Assembly (NCBI GenBank): GCA_016839815.1
Contig: JAEOTM010000133.1
Coordinates: forward strand, 13,339 to 77,338
Direction of reading: 5' to 3'
Origin: Candidatus Hodarchaeota archaeon
Lineage (GTDB): Archaea > Asgardarchaeota > Heimdallarchaeia > Hodarchaeales > Hodarchaeaceae
DNA length: 64,000 bases
Shown here piece after piece: positions 31,189 through 41,805 of the stretch. The position numbers and the translations under genes are program-made. Each line of letters opens with the position of its first letter. Position 1 is the first letter of the stretch. The notes under the pieces are model-generated. The model saw only the letters and a list, made by a program, of their open reading frames with translations, was not told the DNA's origin and searched no databases.

Positions 31189-31463
31189 ATTGTATCACCA
31201 TTTGAGTTGATATCTAAGTTGTCGTAGAATGAAGGGTGGTATATAGATTGGTTTAAAATTCTCTGTAAAAACCGAGGAAATCCGCTTTTCAAACACATGC
31301 AAATTAAAAATACGTTATTCGTAGTGGGAGAGGATATATCAAAAGCATTGCGATGTTTTCCGCAAACAAATCACTACCAATTGATGTTTTTTCTCGTTGA
31401 TATCGACTACAACTGATCAACGACATGAAAATGGGAAGTATTAGCGAGTAATGAACTAAAATC

Positions 31464-31991
31464 CTATTTCCGGTTTTTGAGTCTAGTTTTAGTGTACTCT
31501 ACTAGTCCTCCAGCTTTAAAGATTTGGAGGGCCTGATCATCAAGTTTAGGAAATGAAAATGTCTTTTCCATAACTTTGATTATCCCATTATCAAAATCTA
31601 CATCTATTTTTTGCATTTCTGAGAGTAGTTTGTCTTTATTATTTATCACAAACTCTGAACATTCGGGTGAAATCACAAGAGGGAGGGCTTGATTAATAGC
31701 ATTACGAAAATAAATACGAGCAAATGATTTAGCAATGATACAACTAATTCCTGAAGCCTGTAGACAGGAAACAGCCTGTTCACGTGAACTACCTGCCCCA
31801 AAGTTATTTCCAGCAATAATTATATCCCCATTCTCTACAGTTTTAACAAATTCAGGGTCATAATCCTCCATGGCATATTGAGCCATTTCCTCAGGGGTGA
31901 GGGGTTCATACGTATAGCGTCCAGGAAAGATTACATCTGTGTTGATATCGTCTTCAGAAAAAATCCATAATTTTTTACTTGTAAAACGCAT
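31464..31991 (-). CDS. leuD: 3-isopropylmalate dehydratase/homoaconitase small subunit (copy 1)
   Basis: DINTDVIFPGRY, NFGAGSSREQA, SFARIYFRNAIN and GGL motifs. Confidence 0.88.
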   Translation of the reverse strand: MRFTSKKLWIFSEDDINTDVIFPGRYTYEPLTPEEMAQYAMEDYDPEFVKTVENGDIIIAGNNFGAGSSREQAVSCLQASGISCIIAKSFARIYFRNAINQALPLVISPECSEFVINNKDKLLSEMQKIDVDFDNGIIKVMEKTFSFPKLDDQALQIFKAGGLVEYTKTRLKNRK

Positions 31992-31994
31992 TAA

Positions 31995-33260
31995 TTATAC
32001 CTCCTCGTCTGTTATATAGCCTGCTAATGCAGATTTTGCTACAATAGCTGGACTACCCAAGTAGATACCAGTATCCTCTTTGCTACCCATACGACCTTTA
32101 AAATTCCTGTTTGCAGAGGATATTGCTTTTTCTCCAGCCGCGATACACCCCCCATATGCTCCTAAACAGGGACCACAGGCGGGAACTCCAATTTGACCTC
32201 CTGCCGCAATAAGTACCTCAATTATACCTTGACGAGTGGCTTGAAGCAGAACATCCTGAGATGCAGGATAGACTAATAATCGTACGCCAGGATTAATTGT
32301 TTTATCCTTTAATATTTTAGCTGCAATCTCTAGATCATCCAACCGTCCATTTGTACAAGTACCAATTAATGCCACATCTATGGGAGTTTTTTCTAAATCT
32401 TCGATCGGCACAACATTATCAACTTTATGAGGTTTCGCAATACGAGGTGTTAGATTTGAAACATCCAGCTCAATTGTGTTGACATATCTTGCATCTTCAT
32501 CTGCTATTAAACGGTTGTATTTGAACCCAAACTGTTTATTCCACTCATCAGTGACTGTATCCACTGGAAATATTCCTGCTTTAGCTCCCATCTCTGCAGT
32601 AAGATTACTAAGAGTCATTCTTTCGCTCATAGAAAGCTCTTTCACCGTCGAACCATAAAACTCTACAGAATTATAGGTAGCTCCTGCTGCTGTAATTTGT
32701 CTAATAAGTTCTAAGATAATATCTTTGGCATATACACTTTTAGGTAAAGAACCATTTAGAATTATCTTAATTGACTCTGGTACCTTTAACCAGGTTTCTC
32801 CAATAGCCCATACTGAAGCAGTTTCGGTCCTTCCAATTGGAATTCCTGCAGCTCCAAATGCCCCATGAGTTGTCGTATGGCTATCACTTCCAAGGATCAC
32901 AACATTAGGAGGAACATGCCCTTTTTCAGGTAAAACTTCGTGACAAATGCCTGTACCACCTTCATAGAAGTATTTTATTTTTTGATCCTTTACAAATTGC
33001 CTGATAACCTTGTGATTGTCAGCTTTCACTGCGTCAGGAGGAGGAACAGCATGATCTAAAGCAATAAAGATTCTCTCTGGATCCCATACTTTACCATTGG
33101 ATCCAACAATCTTGTAAAATGTTTTAGAAATTGCTGCCGAATTATCGTGCGACAAAATTCTATGAGGGGATACAAAAACTATCTGGTTTTCAGCTACTCC
33201 AGTAGCTTCGTTACCTGAAGCCTTAGAAAATATTTTTTGGATAAGAGTTTGTCCTACCAT
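31995..33260 (-). CDS. leuC: 3-isopropylmalate dehydratase/homoaconitase large subunit (copy 1)
   Basis: DH, GICH, GSDSHT, GTCTNGR, CGPCLG and NRNFKGRMG motifs; substrate specificity not resolved. Confidence 0.88.
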   Translation of the reverse strand: MVGQTLIQKIFSKASGNEATGVAENQIVFVSPHRILSHDNSAAISKTFYKIVGSNGKVWDPERIFIALDHAVPPPDAVKADNHKVIRQFVKDQKIKYFYEGGTGICHEVLPEKGHVPPNVVILGSDSHTTTHGAFGAAGIPIGRTETASVWAIGETWLKVPESIKIILNGSLPKSVYAKDIILELIRQITAAGATYNSVEFYGSTVKELSMSERMTLSNLTAEMGAKAGIFPVDTVTDEWNKQFGFKYNRLIADEDARYVNTIELDVSNLTPRIAKPHKVDNVVPIEDLEKTPIDVALIGTCTNGRLDDLEIAAKILKDKTINPGVRLLVYPASQDVLLQATRQGIIEVLIAAGGQIGVPACGPCLGAYGGCIAAGEKAISSANRNFKGRMGSKEDTGIYLGSPAIVAKSALAGYITDEEV

Positions 33261-33297
33261 ATTCTTACCTCAAAAAAAATAAGAATATCGTAGAGGT

Positions 33298-33802
33298 TTA
33301 AGTATTTAGGTTGAACCTTGAAACAGTTTCAGAGAGATTATCTGCTAATTCGGTTAAGCTTTCGGCTGAGGAAGCCATCTGATTCATTGCCGCTGTTTGC
33401 TCTTCTGTAGCAGCAGCTACTTGTTCACTAGAGGCACTAAATTCTTCAGATTGTGCTGAAAATCCCTGTATAGTTTCATGTAAGGTAGAAATGTTCCCAG
33501 CTATATTTGTAACCATCCGATCTGTGAGATTCGAGATATCAGAAGCATTCGTTTTGGTTTCTTCAGCTAATCTTCTTACATTATCTGCAACAACTGCAAA
33601 TCCGCGTCCGAATTCTCCAGCTCGTGCCGCCTCAATTGCTGCATTGAGAGCTAGGATATTAGTTTGACTAGCAATGTCCTCTATTACCTGTAAAGTTGTT
33701 TCTACATCTGCTAATGAGTGATCAACCACTTCTGAGATTCTTTTAATTTCCTCTATTGTTTTTACTGACTGACTGACTTTCAGGGAGTTTAGTAATTCCC
33801 AA
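33298..33802 (-). pseudogene. Truncated or frameshifted chemoreceptor (MCP) signalling domain; may be expressed as a soluble 143 aa fragment from the GTG at 33729
   Basis: [30 protein letters not shown] tip. Homology to the other MCPs runs ~13 codons upstream of the GTG and stops at an (AGTC)x3.75 repeat. No sensor, TM or HAMP domain. Confidence 0.65.
33764..33778. repeat. Tetranucleotide tandem repeat (ACTG)x3.75
   Basis: actgactgactgact read directly at the 5' breakpoint of the MCP fragment. Confidence 0.7.
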
Positions 33803-33888
33803 TTTTTGAAATATTACCTTTAATAACGTAATTTCTGCAATATCCACAAAATATGCCTCTTTGGACCAATTAAATATTTGAGACTACT

Positions 33889-34590
33889 TCAACTAAATCT
33901 AGGAATTGTAAATTCAACGGTTGTGCCTTTATTGATTCCAGCACTGTTTATCGACATTGTTCCGCCGTGATTTCTTATTATTATATTGGAAATGAATAAA
34001 CCAATACCCGTACCCCCAATTGAGTATTTCGTGGGTATTGAAACAAAGGGATCTGAGACTTTCTTCAAGTCTTGAATGGAAATCCCAGCACCATTATCTG
34101 AAATTGAGATTTTGATGATATCAGTCAGAGTCAGATTGCATAATACGCTTATATGTCTACGAGTTATAGAAGTGTGGTCAATTGAATTTTGAATTATATT
34201 GTCAATCGCTTGAGCAATGCGTTCTGAATCTACCACAACTATCGAATTCTTTTTACCATTATGAATTAATTTGTATTCAAAACGTTTTTCAAATCTTATT
34301 CTATATGGTTCGAATATAGTTTCTAGTAAATCAGAAATATTAACAGAATCCAGAACTAAATTTAGGTTACCTTGCGTTATATTATCAAGCTCATCGATAC
34401 TGCCAACAAAACGTTCTAAGCGAAGAATATTCTTATCTAGAAGCTGAAAACACCTATCTCGTTCCTTAGAAGTCAGTTTTTCATTTTTTGAATTTAAAAT
34501 TTCACAATATCCTTTAACTATATGTAGAACCTGTCTTAGTTCTCGTGAAGTCAATGATAAGAATTCTGATTTAAATTGGTCTGTTTCCAA
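33889..34590 (-). CDS. Sensor-less histidine-kinase-like protein lacking the phospho-accepting His (pseudokinase)
   Basis: The H-box reads SRELRQVL against SHELRTPL in the neighbouring kinase. N, G1 (DNGAGI) and G2 (GTGIGL) boxes are intact. TTG start after GGAGTG. Confidence 0.78.
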   Translation of the reverse strand: METDQFKSEFLSLTSRELRQVLHIVKGYCEILNSKNEKLTSKERDRCFQLLDKNILRLERFVGSIDELDNITQGNLNLVLDSVNISDLLETIFEPYRIRFEKRFEYKLIHNGKKNSIVVVDSERIAQAIDNIIQNSIDHTSITRRHISVLCNLTLTDIIKISISDNGAGISIQDLKKVSDPFVSIPTKYSIGGTGIGLFISNIIIRNHGGTMSINSAGINKGTTVEFTIPRFS

Positions 34591-34779
34591 TTTTGTTCAC
34601 TCCAAATCATTTTTAGGATATTTTGATTACGTTTTTCACCTTATTTCTTTAAATTGTGTCATTAGATCAGCTTGAAAATAATTATTTTTTCAATCTAAAT
34701 CCTAATTACCTATTAAACAATATGCTTAACTATATGATAAAAATAAGGAAAACAATAAGGAAAAAAAGGGAAACTGAGA

Positions 34780-37700
34780 TTAAGGAGTTCCAAATACACG
34801 AGGGAGAGTTAGAGTAAAAGTAGAACCCTTGTCAATCCCATCACTCCTGACAGTGAGAGAGCCTCCATGAGCAATCATAGTTTGTTTCGCAATAAACAAA
34901 CCGATTCCAGTTCCAATAACCGAATACTTAGAGGGAAGAGATACAAATTGCTCAAAAATTCTTTCATAATTCTCAGGAAGAATACCAGTACCATTATCCT
35001 CTACTGAAATGGTAATTACATTTGGAAATATTTCTGTTCGCACGTTTATTTTACGAAAATCATTTGAGGTGTGTTTGACTGCATTTTCAATTAAGTTATC
35101 TATAACAAATCGAATTCGATCTTTATCCATATTTGCATATGCATTAAAGGATCCTGGAGGTAAAGAAAACATTATTTGATTTTTTAAATGCTTTCTATAG
35201 ACCTTTTCTTGCTCTTTCATAAATTTACATATCTCTACATCTTTTAAATCAAAACTAAAGTTGTTATTCTCAATTTTTGAAATATCAAGAACTCCTGTTA
35301 CTAATCGTTCAAGTCTTCTTATATTTCGCATTACCGTTCCTAGACATTTCTTACGTTGATACTCATTTATTTTATCGAAGTGATTTTCTAGGAACTCAGT
35401 AGATCCCCTAATTATGGTTAATGGAGTCCGTAATTCATGAGAAGCCATTGTTACAAAATTAGATCGATCTTCTTCAGCCTGTTTCAGAATGGAGATATCA
35501 GTTACAACGGAAAGATAACCATTCAAAGCTCCATGATCTGAATAAATTGGTGTAGTATTTACAATTACTGGTAACAGCGCACCCTCTTTTGTTAGTAAAG
35601 TCGATTCAAATGTTCGCTTTGGATTTAATGAAAGTTTTTCAAATTCTAATTTAATTCTAGCAAATTCTTCAACTGGAATAATGAGATTCCAATATTTCCC
35701 GATCAATTCATTTTCGGTATATTCAAGGAGCTCACAAATTTTTGAATTTACAAAGGAGAATTGATGATCTAAACTTTCCAGTATAACTCCCTCCTGGAGA
35801 TTCTCTATAAGTAGCTGATACTTATTTTTAGCTTGTCGCAATTCTTCCTCGACCTTTTTCCTATCTGTAATATCGCGAGAAATGGAAAGTCCGACTTGTC
35901 TATTACTTAATGAAAAAAGGTGTGAATTTATTTCGACTGGAATTTTTCTTCCATTTTTAGTTACATGTGCCGTTTCAAATGGTTTATTGACTAGATCAAA
36001 TATCTTTTTTCCCATTTTCTTAAGTTTTTTATTCTCCTCATCTGTTTTTACATCCAGAGGAGTCATATTCAATAATTCCTCTTTGGTATATTCTAATCTC
36101 TGACAGGCTATATCATTTACCTCAATGAAGAGACCAATTTCTCCATTTGGTAAGATTTCAAATAGATAGATTGCATCATTGGCATTATTAAACAGATTCC
36201 GATATTTCTCCTCAGAATTTTCTACTAGTAATTCTGAATGTTTTTGGGTTGTTATATCAAAGAACACTCCGTAAGCGCACTTTTCTCCTTCTTCTTCATA
36301 AACCATCAAACCGCGATCATGTAACCAGATATATTCCCCATCTTTTCTTCTAATACGATATTCAATGTCAAAGGAGGCGTTTTTTTCTAAAAGATTGTTA
36401 AATTTTACCTTTACTCTTTCTAAATCTTCAGGATGAATTCTGTTAAACCATAACTCCCTCCCCGCTTGATATATTTCTTCAGGAGAGTATCCGTATATAT
36501 CAGAGATATTTTTACTCACAAAGTTCGTATGACCCGTTGAAGTAGATATCCATGTGACCCCTGGAATATTTGCAATTAAGGATTGGTATCTTTCTTCACT
36601 CTCTTTGAGTTGTCTTTTAGCGAGTTCAGAACTGGTTTTATCTCGAAATGATGCCACCATCTTCATGGGTTCAGTTTGAAAAGCAACTACCTCATAGATT
36701 CCTTTGATTTGTGTATCCTCATATGTAATTTGCTCTAGTTTCCACACCTGGCCTGTTCGGGCTACTCTCCGATAATTTTCTGGAATTTCAGTTTTGCTAA
36801 GAGGAGGAAACGCTTCCTCTATTGTTTTACCAATGAATTGATTCGTTTTGACCTTTAAAATATCCCCTGCTGCGGGATTTGCTCCTAAAAACACTAATCG
36901 TCCGTCCTCCATCAGTTGATATTCTATCATCCCAAAAGGACTTGAATTGAAAATATTACGGTATTTTTGTTCTGATAGTTTCAAGTCGCTTTCTGTTTGT
37001 TTATAGCCTGTAATATCAACATCTATCTTTAAGAACCCGCACGGAAAGCTATTCTGGTCCTTTACAAGAGATATTCGCGATCCAGCCCAAAAAATTGTTC
37101 CATTTTTTCGCTTTTGCTTAATTTGACCTTTCCAAGTTTCCTTCTCAACAGTTTTTATTATTTTTTGAAACTCTTTGGACTTTTTTTCTTCAGGAAAGGT
37201 TATTGATATGTTTGATCCTAATATTTCCTCTGCTTGATATCCATAAAGATCTCTAGCACCCTTTCCCCAATAAATTATTTTTTTATTCAAATTGATAGCA
37301 ACAATTGATTCTTGAACACTATCAAGCAAACGTGCCTGAAAAAGAAGGCGCTCTTCCTTCCTTTTTCTGACTGTAATATCAATTCCTTGAAGTATTATGA
37401 GATTTGTAGGGGAATCTCTTCGATATATCTCATGAGCTGAAAATTCTATCCATCTCTTCTCATCATCTCTTCTCTGGATTTCGATTTCAGTAATTTTTTG
37501 TAAAAGAGGCCTCGGTTCCTCCACTATAGTTAAAATAGCTTCGCGTTTCTTCATATCTGGTACTAAAATTGATAGCCAGGAATCAAGATCATTAATCTCA
37601 CCTAACTGATAACCAGTAAGACTTTCCATTGCCGCATTGTAATTCAAAATAGTTTTAGTCTCATCCAATACAAGTGCAGGTTTCTCACTTTGACTAAATG

Positions 37701-38391
37701 CATTCCAAATATGTAGATCTTCAATCTTTCTAAACTCAAGTACTTCTAATACATTTCTCAAATCCAAATTCGATTCAAAACCATGTCTTAATTTATTTAC
37801 CGTATTCTCCTGATTAGAATTCTCCATAGTTTTATTAAAAAATTCTGTACCAATGATAGCAATGGGATGTAGCAGGAATATGTCAGTTAGAAGTTTTAAA
37901 TCAATCTGATTTTTATCGAATTGGTCGAGAAATAAACAATTGTCCTCTACACAAAATTCTGTAATATATCTTTCAAAATTTAGAAAATCTTGAGTAATAT
38001 GGTCATTATTTGCCCCCAACCATGACATTTCACTGGCAACGCGTAACTTAGTCTGTCCTTCTGATATCAGACTACTCGTAAATTCCTTTAATTTTAATAT
38101 TACACGATAAGGGGAGAAACAACCCGCATCCAGAAAAAACTCTTCTAGTGAAATTATCTCTACTTGTTGTGATTGCAGATATTCATCCATTTCAATATAC
38201 TGTGAAAGTTCTTTAAATATATAATCCCGTTGATCATAAGGGACGATCAATAAAATCTTTTCTTTATTTTCAATCCCCGAAATAACAAATGATGATAATA
38301 TATTCAATCTTTCTTTATCATCAGTGTATATATTGCAAATATGTGAATTGATCAGTCCTTTGTTTGACCCCTGTTTCACATAATCGAACAT
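34780..38391 (-). CDS. Cytoplasmic MEDS + 6xPAS sensor histidine kinase
   Basis: N-terminal HICNIY...LRVASEMSW...E...QFD...LLHP (MEDS), six PAS/PAC units ending in D(I)T, then SHELRTP, NLIENAVKH, DNGTGI and GTGIGL. Confidence 0.9.
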   Translation of the reverse strand: MFDYVKQGSNKGLINSHICNIYTDDKERLNILSSFVISGIENKEKILLIVPYDQRDYIFKELSQYIEMDEYLQSQQVEIISLEEFFLDAGCFSPYRVILKLKEFTSSLISEGQTKLRVASEMSWLGANNDHITQDFLNFERYITEFCVEDNCLFLDQFDKNQIDLKLLTDIFLLHPIAIIGTEFFNKTMENSNQENTVNKLRHGFESNLDLRNVLEVLEFRKIEDLHIWNAFSQSEKPALVLDETKTILNYNAAMESLTGYQLGEINDLDSWLSILVPDMKKREAILTIVEEPRPLLQKITEIEIQRRDDEKRWIEFSAHEIYRRDSPTNLIILQGIDITVRKRKEERLLFQARLLDSVQESIVAINLNKKIIYWGKGARDLYGYQAEEILGSNISITFPEEKKSKEFQKIIKTVEKETWKGQIKQKRKNGTIFWAGSRISLVKDQNSFPCGFLKIDVDITGYKQTESDLKLSEQKYRNIFNSSPFGMIEYQLMEDGRLVFLGANPAAGDILKVKTNQFIGKTIEEAFPPLSKTEIPENYRRVARTGQVWKLEQITYEDTQIKGIYEVVAFQTEPMKMVASFRDKTSSELAKRQLKESEERYQSLIANIPGVTWISTSTGHTNFVSKNISDIYGYSPEEIYQAGRELWFNRIHPEDLERVKVKFNNLLEKNASFDIEYRIRRKDGEYIWLHDRGLMVYEEEGEKCAYGVFFDITTQKHSELLVENSEEKYRNLFNNANDAIYLFEILPNGEIGLFIEVNDIACQRLEYTKEELLNMTPLDVKTDEENKKLKKMGKKIFDLVNKPFETAHVTKNGRKIPVEINSHLFSLSNRQVGLSISRDITDRKKVEEELRQAKNKYQLLIENLQEGVILESLDHQFSFVNSKICELLEYTENELIGKYWNLIIPVEEFARIKLEFEKLSLNPKRTFESTLLTKEGALLPVIVNTTPIYSDHGALNGYLSVVTDISILKQAEEDRSNFVTMASHELRTPLTIIRGSTEFLENHFDKINEYQRKKCLGTVMRNIRRLERLVTGVLDISKIENNNFSFDLKDVEICKFMKEQEKVYRKHLKNQIMFSLPPGSFNAYANMDKDRIRFVIDNLIENAVKHTSNDFRKINVRTEIFPNVITISVEDNGTGILPENYERIFEQFVSLPSKYSVIGTGIGLFIAKQTMIAHGGSLTVRSDGIDKGSTFTLTLPRVFGTP

Positions 38392-38776
38392 GTCTTGTCT
38401 ATCCTAAAATCCTCTGACACACCTTCTATTGAAATTAAACATTCAATTAAAATAAAAATTTGGAAAGTTCCAAGGAAAGATAAGGAAAAAAGTAAAACTT
38501 CTAATTTCAAGTAAGCAATTTTTCTCTTATTTCCTTGACTATTTCAACTTTAATCAAGCTATAAAGGGGGAATCCGAACTATACTGATTCAAGAACAGAT
38601 GAATTTACGTCTAACGTATCAGTGAACACTGTAAACCCTTTTTTTCACATTCAATTTAGTTTTCACAGGAGAAAAGAAATTTTCTTTCACTAGTTTTTCC
38701 ATATTCCTTTCCGAATATATATATCAAAACATGGGAATTATCATTTACTTGAAAAATCACTTAGGGAGAGTACATT

Positions 38777-41383
38777 ATGGCAATTCAGGATGAGACACAA
38801 AAAAAATCCAGTTCAAAGGTTACAGAAATTTATAATACCATTTTTGACAATTCACATATTGGTCTTGCGATCTGTGATTCAGAAGGATTCTTTATTGATG
38901 CAAATCCACAGTGCTTAAAGATTTTTGGGATTCCAAGAATCGGAAAAGTAAAGGGATACAGTTTATTCGAAGAACCTAATCTTTCGGAGATGTTCAAAGA
39001 GAAATTAAAATCAGGGAAAGCAGTAATGTATAAATCTGTTTTTAATTTTGAAAAGATTAAACAATTAAACCTTTTTGAAACAGAAAAATCTGGAACAATA
39101 GATGTTGCTTACCAAATCTCTCCAATCGTTCTTCAAGGACAATCGAATCTTGAGGGTTATATTATATATGTCCAAGATATCTCAGACAAGATTCAAGAGC
39201 AAAAGGAATGTTTAAGCCATGAAATAAAATTCCAGGAAATTTTTAACAATGTAAATGATGGGATAGTGATTACAGATCCAAGTACTCGACCGGGGAGGTT
39301 CTTAGAAGTTAACAGAGTTTTTTGTGAAAGACTTGGATACACTAAGTCTGAACTTTTAGAAATGAGTACAATGGATACGAATACAGGAGAATTTAATCCT
39401 CCGCTCCAAGAAATATATGAAACCTTGGAGAAATATAATTCGGCTACATTCAAAAACGTAGACTTAACTAAGGATGGTACTCGCATTCCTGTGGAGGTTA
39501 ATACGTATCTATTTAGCCTTAATGGTAGACACGTCTTATTATCAGTTTCTAGAGATATCAGAGATCGGATACAGTTCATAAAACAAGTTGAGGAAAATGA
39601 TTCTTTGCTTAATACACTTTTAACAAATTTACCATTGGTTCTATATCAGATAAATTCAGAGGGATTTTTTACTAAATCAGAAGGTGCTGGATTAGTACAC
39701 CGAGGCCTAAAAGAGCATATAAGAATCGGAGTGAATGTCTTTGAAGCTTGGCCTGAATTCACTGATAAATTTCAGCGCGCACTAAGGGGAGAAAATGTAC
39801 GTTTTGAAGCACATAGGGAAATCAATGGCAAGATGATGTCTTATCTTACTTTTTTAATGCCTGATAATAACGCTGAAAGAGGGATTATAGGGATTGTTAT
39901 CAATTTATCCGAGCAGGAGGATTTAAAGAGAAAATTGATCCAAAGTGAGGAGAAATATCGTTCCTTAATTGATCAGGCGAATGATGGGATTATAATCATT
40001 CAAGATGACAAAATGGTGTTAATTAACCATAAATTTGCTAGAATGCTTGGGTACACAATTGATGAACTGCAAGACAGATCAAATTTCGATCTTGTTCATC
40101 CAGATGTCTCTTCGGAATTAAATGAGCGAAGAAAAAGAAGGTTAAGAGGTGAACAAGTCGAATCAATCTACGAAACTATACTAGTGAAAAAAGATGGTGA
40201 CTCCTTAGATGTCGAATTAAACGTAGATCTTATTGATTACGAAGGAAAACAGGCTTTTCTCTCCTTCGTTAGAGATATTACTGATAGAAAAAGAGCAGAA
40301 AGGCGGATTAAGGAATCAGAAAGAAAATATCGGATGATAATCGAAACTGCACAAGAAGGTGTCTTTCTACTGGATTCTGAACAGAGAATTACTTATGCAA
40401 ATCAGCAGTTTTCCGAAATGATAGGGTATTCACTTGAAAATCTGATTGGTCATTCAATATATGAATATATCAGAACAGAAACACACAAGAAAATTAAACT
40501 CCTCATTAATAGAATCACAAAAGGAACCAAAGAAAGTTTCGATTTTCCCTTTCATCGCAGAGATGGATCAATTTTTTGGGGATTACTGCAAACTAATCCA
40601 ATATTTGACGAAAAGGGAAGAATAAAAGGTATTTTAGGTATGATTCTTGATATCTCTGATCGAAAAAAGATGGAAGAACAGACTAGAAAACAGCTTTTGA
40701 AATTTAACGTTGAGGGGGGTTATGTTTACCTGGTGAAAGAAAGTTCGTCAACATTATCCCTCAGTGTCTTTAAAGATCTTTGTCAATTAGGATATCAATG
40801 CCTAGCTTTTTCTAGAACTCTTGAACGAGATTTCCAAAAGAATATCGATACAGAATGTAGATTTTATTGGCTTGCACAAAAAGGAAACTTAAATTCTATT
40901 CAACCAGATTTAAATAGTATACTATCAGAAATAGAGAAACAGAACCAAAGATCAGTTGTATTAATTGACAGATTGGATTTTCTGATTCAGAAAAATGGAT
41001 TTAAAGATGTTTTGAACTTCATCTATGAATTAAAGGAAATTGCTTACACTGTTGACTTGATAATCCTACTCTCTATTGATCCACAAACATTAACAAACCA
41101 GGAACTCCATCTACTAGAAAAAGAAACAAGTGAAATCGAGACTAGATCACTGGATAAAATTCCAGAAGATATGCTTTCGATTCTAAGATTTGTTTATCAC
41201 AAGAATAATTCGGGAGTTAAGCCTGCTTACTCAGATCTTGGAACAGAATTTCAAATTAGCAGGCCAACTACAAGAAAACGAATAAAAACTTTAGTTGCTA
41301 CTGGATATCTTTCAGAATACCGTTTTGGTATTCGCAAGATTTTAGAGGTTACCGAAAAGGGAAGAGCTTTCTTTTTAGATTAG
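38777..41383 (+). CDS. 5xPAS + DUF835 (inactive KaiC-like) + C-terminal winged-helix regulator
   Basis: Five PAS units; GYVYLVKE...FSRT...YWLA...VVLIDRLDFLIQKNGFKDVLNFIYELKE...LLEKET (DUF835); YSDLG....SRPTTRKRIKTL...EVTEKG (wHTH). Confidence 0.85.
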   Translation: MAIQDETQKKSSSKVTEIYNTIFDNSHIGLAICDSEGFFIDANPQCLKIFGIPRIGKVKGYSLFEEPNLSEMFKEKLKSGKAVMYKSVFNFEKIKQLNLFETEKSGTIDVAYQISPIVLQGQSNLEGYIIYVQDISDKIQEQKECLSHEIKFQEIFNNVNDGIVITDPSTRPGRFLEVNRVFCERLGYTKSELLEMSTMDTNTGEFNPPLQEIYETLEKYNSATFKNVDLTKDGTRIPVEVNTYLFSLNGRHVLLSVSRDIRDRIQFIKQVEENDSLLNTLLTNLPLVLYQINSEGFFTKSEGAGLVHRGLKEHIRIGVNVFEAWPEFTDKFQRALRGENVRFEAHREINGKMMSYLTFLMPDNNAERGIIGIVINLSEQEDLKRKLIQSEEKYRSLIDQANDGIIIIQDDKMVLINHKFARMLGYTIDELQDRSNFDLVHPDVSSELNERRKRRLRGEQVESIYETILVKKDGDSLDVELNVDLIDYEGKQAFLSFVRDITDRKRAERRIKESERKYRMIIETAQEGVFLLDSEQRITYANQQFSEMIGYSLENLIGHSIYEYIRTETHKKIKLLINRITKGTKESFDFPFHRRDGSIFWGLLQTNPIFDEKGRIKGILGMILDISDRKKMEEQTRKQLLKFNVEGGYVYLVKESSSTLSLSVFKDLCQLGYQCLAFSRTLERDFQKNIDTECRFYWLAQKGNLNSIQPDLNSILSEIEKQNQRSVVLIDRLDFLIQKNGFKDVLNFIYELKEIAYTVDLIILLSIDPQTLTNQELHLLEKETSEIETRSLDKIPEDMLSILRFVYHKNNSGVKPAYSDLGTEFQISRPTTRKRIKTLVATGYLSEYRFGIRKILEVTEKGRAFFLD

Positions 41384-41805
41384 AGAATATTCACAAATAT
41401 TATCGAACGAAAAGAAAAATGAAGTAACAATCAAAATTTTCCCTCTAGTCTAATTATCCTGGTATAAATATACAAATCTTATTCCCTTTTCAACAAAATT
41501 CTCAAACAAGAATCTTTTCATAATTCAAGTAGTTCTCTGTTTCAGTTATTTCTTTCGTCTTTAAAAAACTAAGATAGCATTTTTCGCTGGAACATAATAA
41601 AGCGACTTCGTTTTCATCAAATTTCAGTACGGATTTAGTTAAATTCATAATTTTAAACCAATTCTACTTTCTGAGTTGATTGGACCTCTCTTATAGGTCT
41701 GATATTCAATTGATCTGAATATGGGAAAATAAAATATCTTAAATATTAATTAAGCAACGAAAATGGTAAAATTCGGAAAAAAAAGGGAAAAAATATCCTA
41801 AATAG

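Noticed and set aside
31189-31463. Imperfect inverted repeat (tcgttgat...atcaacga, ~31393-31423), considered as a mobile-element end or CRISPR repeat
   Set aside because: Single occurrence with no transposase or array; at most a terminator or operator hairpin.
41384-41805. 422 bp gap between convergent genes, considered as a possible ncRNA or small gene
   Set aside because: AT-rich, with no tRNA fold, stable hairpin or credible ORF visible.
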